Virus record (IMG/VR): IMGVR_UViG_3300031555_003108
Location: 27,270 to 91,269 of that record
Source of the DNA: a virus
Lineage: Duplodnaviria > Caudoviricetes
Length of the DNA: 64,000 nt
Reading direction: 5' to 3' (one strand)
Shown: piece by piece, positions 63,456 to 64,000 of the stretch
Position numbering within the stretch: position 1 is the first letter of the stretch
Layout: each line of letters begins with the position of its first letter
Made by a program: the position numbers and the translations under genes
The notes under the pieces: generated by a model
Seen by the model: the letters and a program-made list of their open reading frames with translations, nothing else
What the model was told of the DNA's origin: nothing
Database searches by the model: none

Positions 63456-64000
63456 TTAGTCAACAATCTTACCAGCGATAAGGAGGTTCTTGTTAAGAAG
63501 AGCCTTAGCATACCAGGTGCTGAAGCCCTGTGCCATACCGCCGTCAGGAGTACCAAGAAGCTGGGTAGGAACGATAGCCATATATGGCGCATATACGCCG
63601 GCACTGGACATCATGTCGTTACCGTTGAGACCAAGGAAGAACTCGCCAGCTCCCATCATAGGAGAAACGTAAACGTTCATACCATCAAGCTCACCAACCT
63701 TGTAAGGACCATTCATCTTAACGTTCTTAACAGCAGTAAAGCCATTTACGAAACGAAGAACAGGAAGGATATCAGAAGCGATTACCATGTAGTTAGGATG
63801 GAATTTCTTAGTTCTATCATAGATGATAGCCTTAGCCATTTCAACGATTTCAAGGAAGCCGTTGTAGTGCTCGAACTTAGAAACGCCAACAGGAAGAGTC
63901 TTAGACCAAGTTAACTTAGCGAGCTCTTCTGCAGTTGTGCCTTCCTTAGCACCGTCTTTAAGCATACCAACGATCTCGGTGTCGATCTCGTAAGCAAGCT
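63456..64000 (-). CDS. major capsid protein, T4 gp23-like (3' part; runs off window end)
   Basis: LAYEIDTEIV; VGELDG..VY; GVYAPY..I...GFSTWY; strong terminator. Confidence 0.85.
   Translation of the reverse strand, partial: LAYEIDTEIVGMLKDGAKEGTTAEELAKLTWSKTLPVGVSKFEHYNGFLEIVEMAKAIIYDRTKKFHPNYMVIASDILPVLRFVNGFTAVKNVKMNGPYKVGELDGMNVYVSPMMGAGEFFLGLNGNDMMSSAGVYAPYMAIVPTQLLGTPDGGMAQGFSTWYAKALLNKNLLIAGKIVD

Noticed and set aside
1-64000. Stop-codon reassignment (code 15 or 4)
   Set aside because: Long conserved genes are intact in code 11, and TAG and TGA both end genes at sensible boundaries.

Overview
A 64-kb segment of a large, AT-rich myovirus (contractile-tail, T4-like structural module) that most likely infects an anaerobic Bacillota host (GGAGG Shine-Dalgarno sites, sigmaA-type promoters, anaerobic RNR, YodL domain). 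Standard code 11 reads cleanly, and all credible genes but one (37925-38479) are on the - strand. Positions 1-38 kb hold early/middle genes: many small hypotheticals, ATP-dependent DNA ligase, two HNH endonucleases, a sigma-like factor, nrdDG, a SNF2 helicase, a QueC-like gene, pnuC/nadR and an 850-bp hairpin-rich non-coding region. Positions 38.5-64 kb hold virion genes (Hint-domain tail protein, fibres, baseplate, tape measure, chaperones, tube, sheath, neck, 3' end of the major capsid gene), with a DUF262-HNH + EcoRI-family methylase cassette inserted after the capsid gene. Several promoter classes can be read directly from the DNA. The most interesting inferences are: (1) a small RNA with two anti-Shine-Dalgarno seeds matching the GGAGGA RBS of early genes but not the AAGGAG RBS common in late genes, plus a sister sRNA with the same architecture; (2) late-promoter 'cargo' genes scattered among the early genes, sharing a putative capsid-targeting helix and L-x-E protease sites, including an ADP-ribosyltransferase-like protein and a triple-domain polyprotein; (3) HNH genes whose RBS is locked in long hairpins; (4) a dispersed DNA motif that crosses coding and non-coding DNA; and (5) a probable +1/-2 frameshift in the tail chaperone. 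No tRNA or CRISPR array was seen. All functional calls come from recognising motifs by eye; no searches were run.
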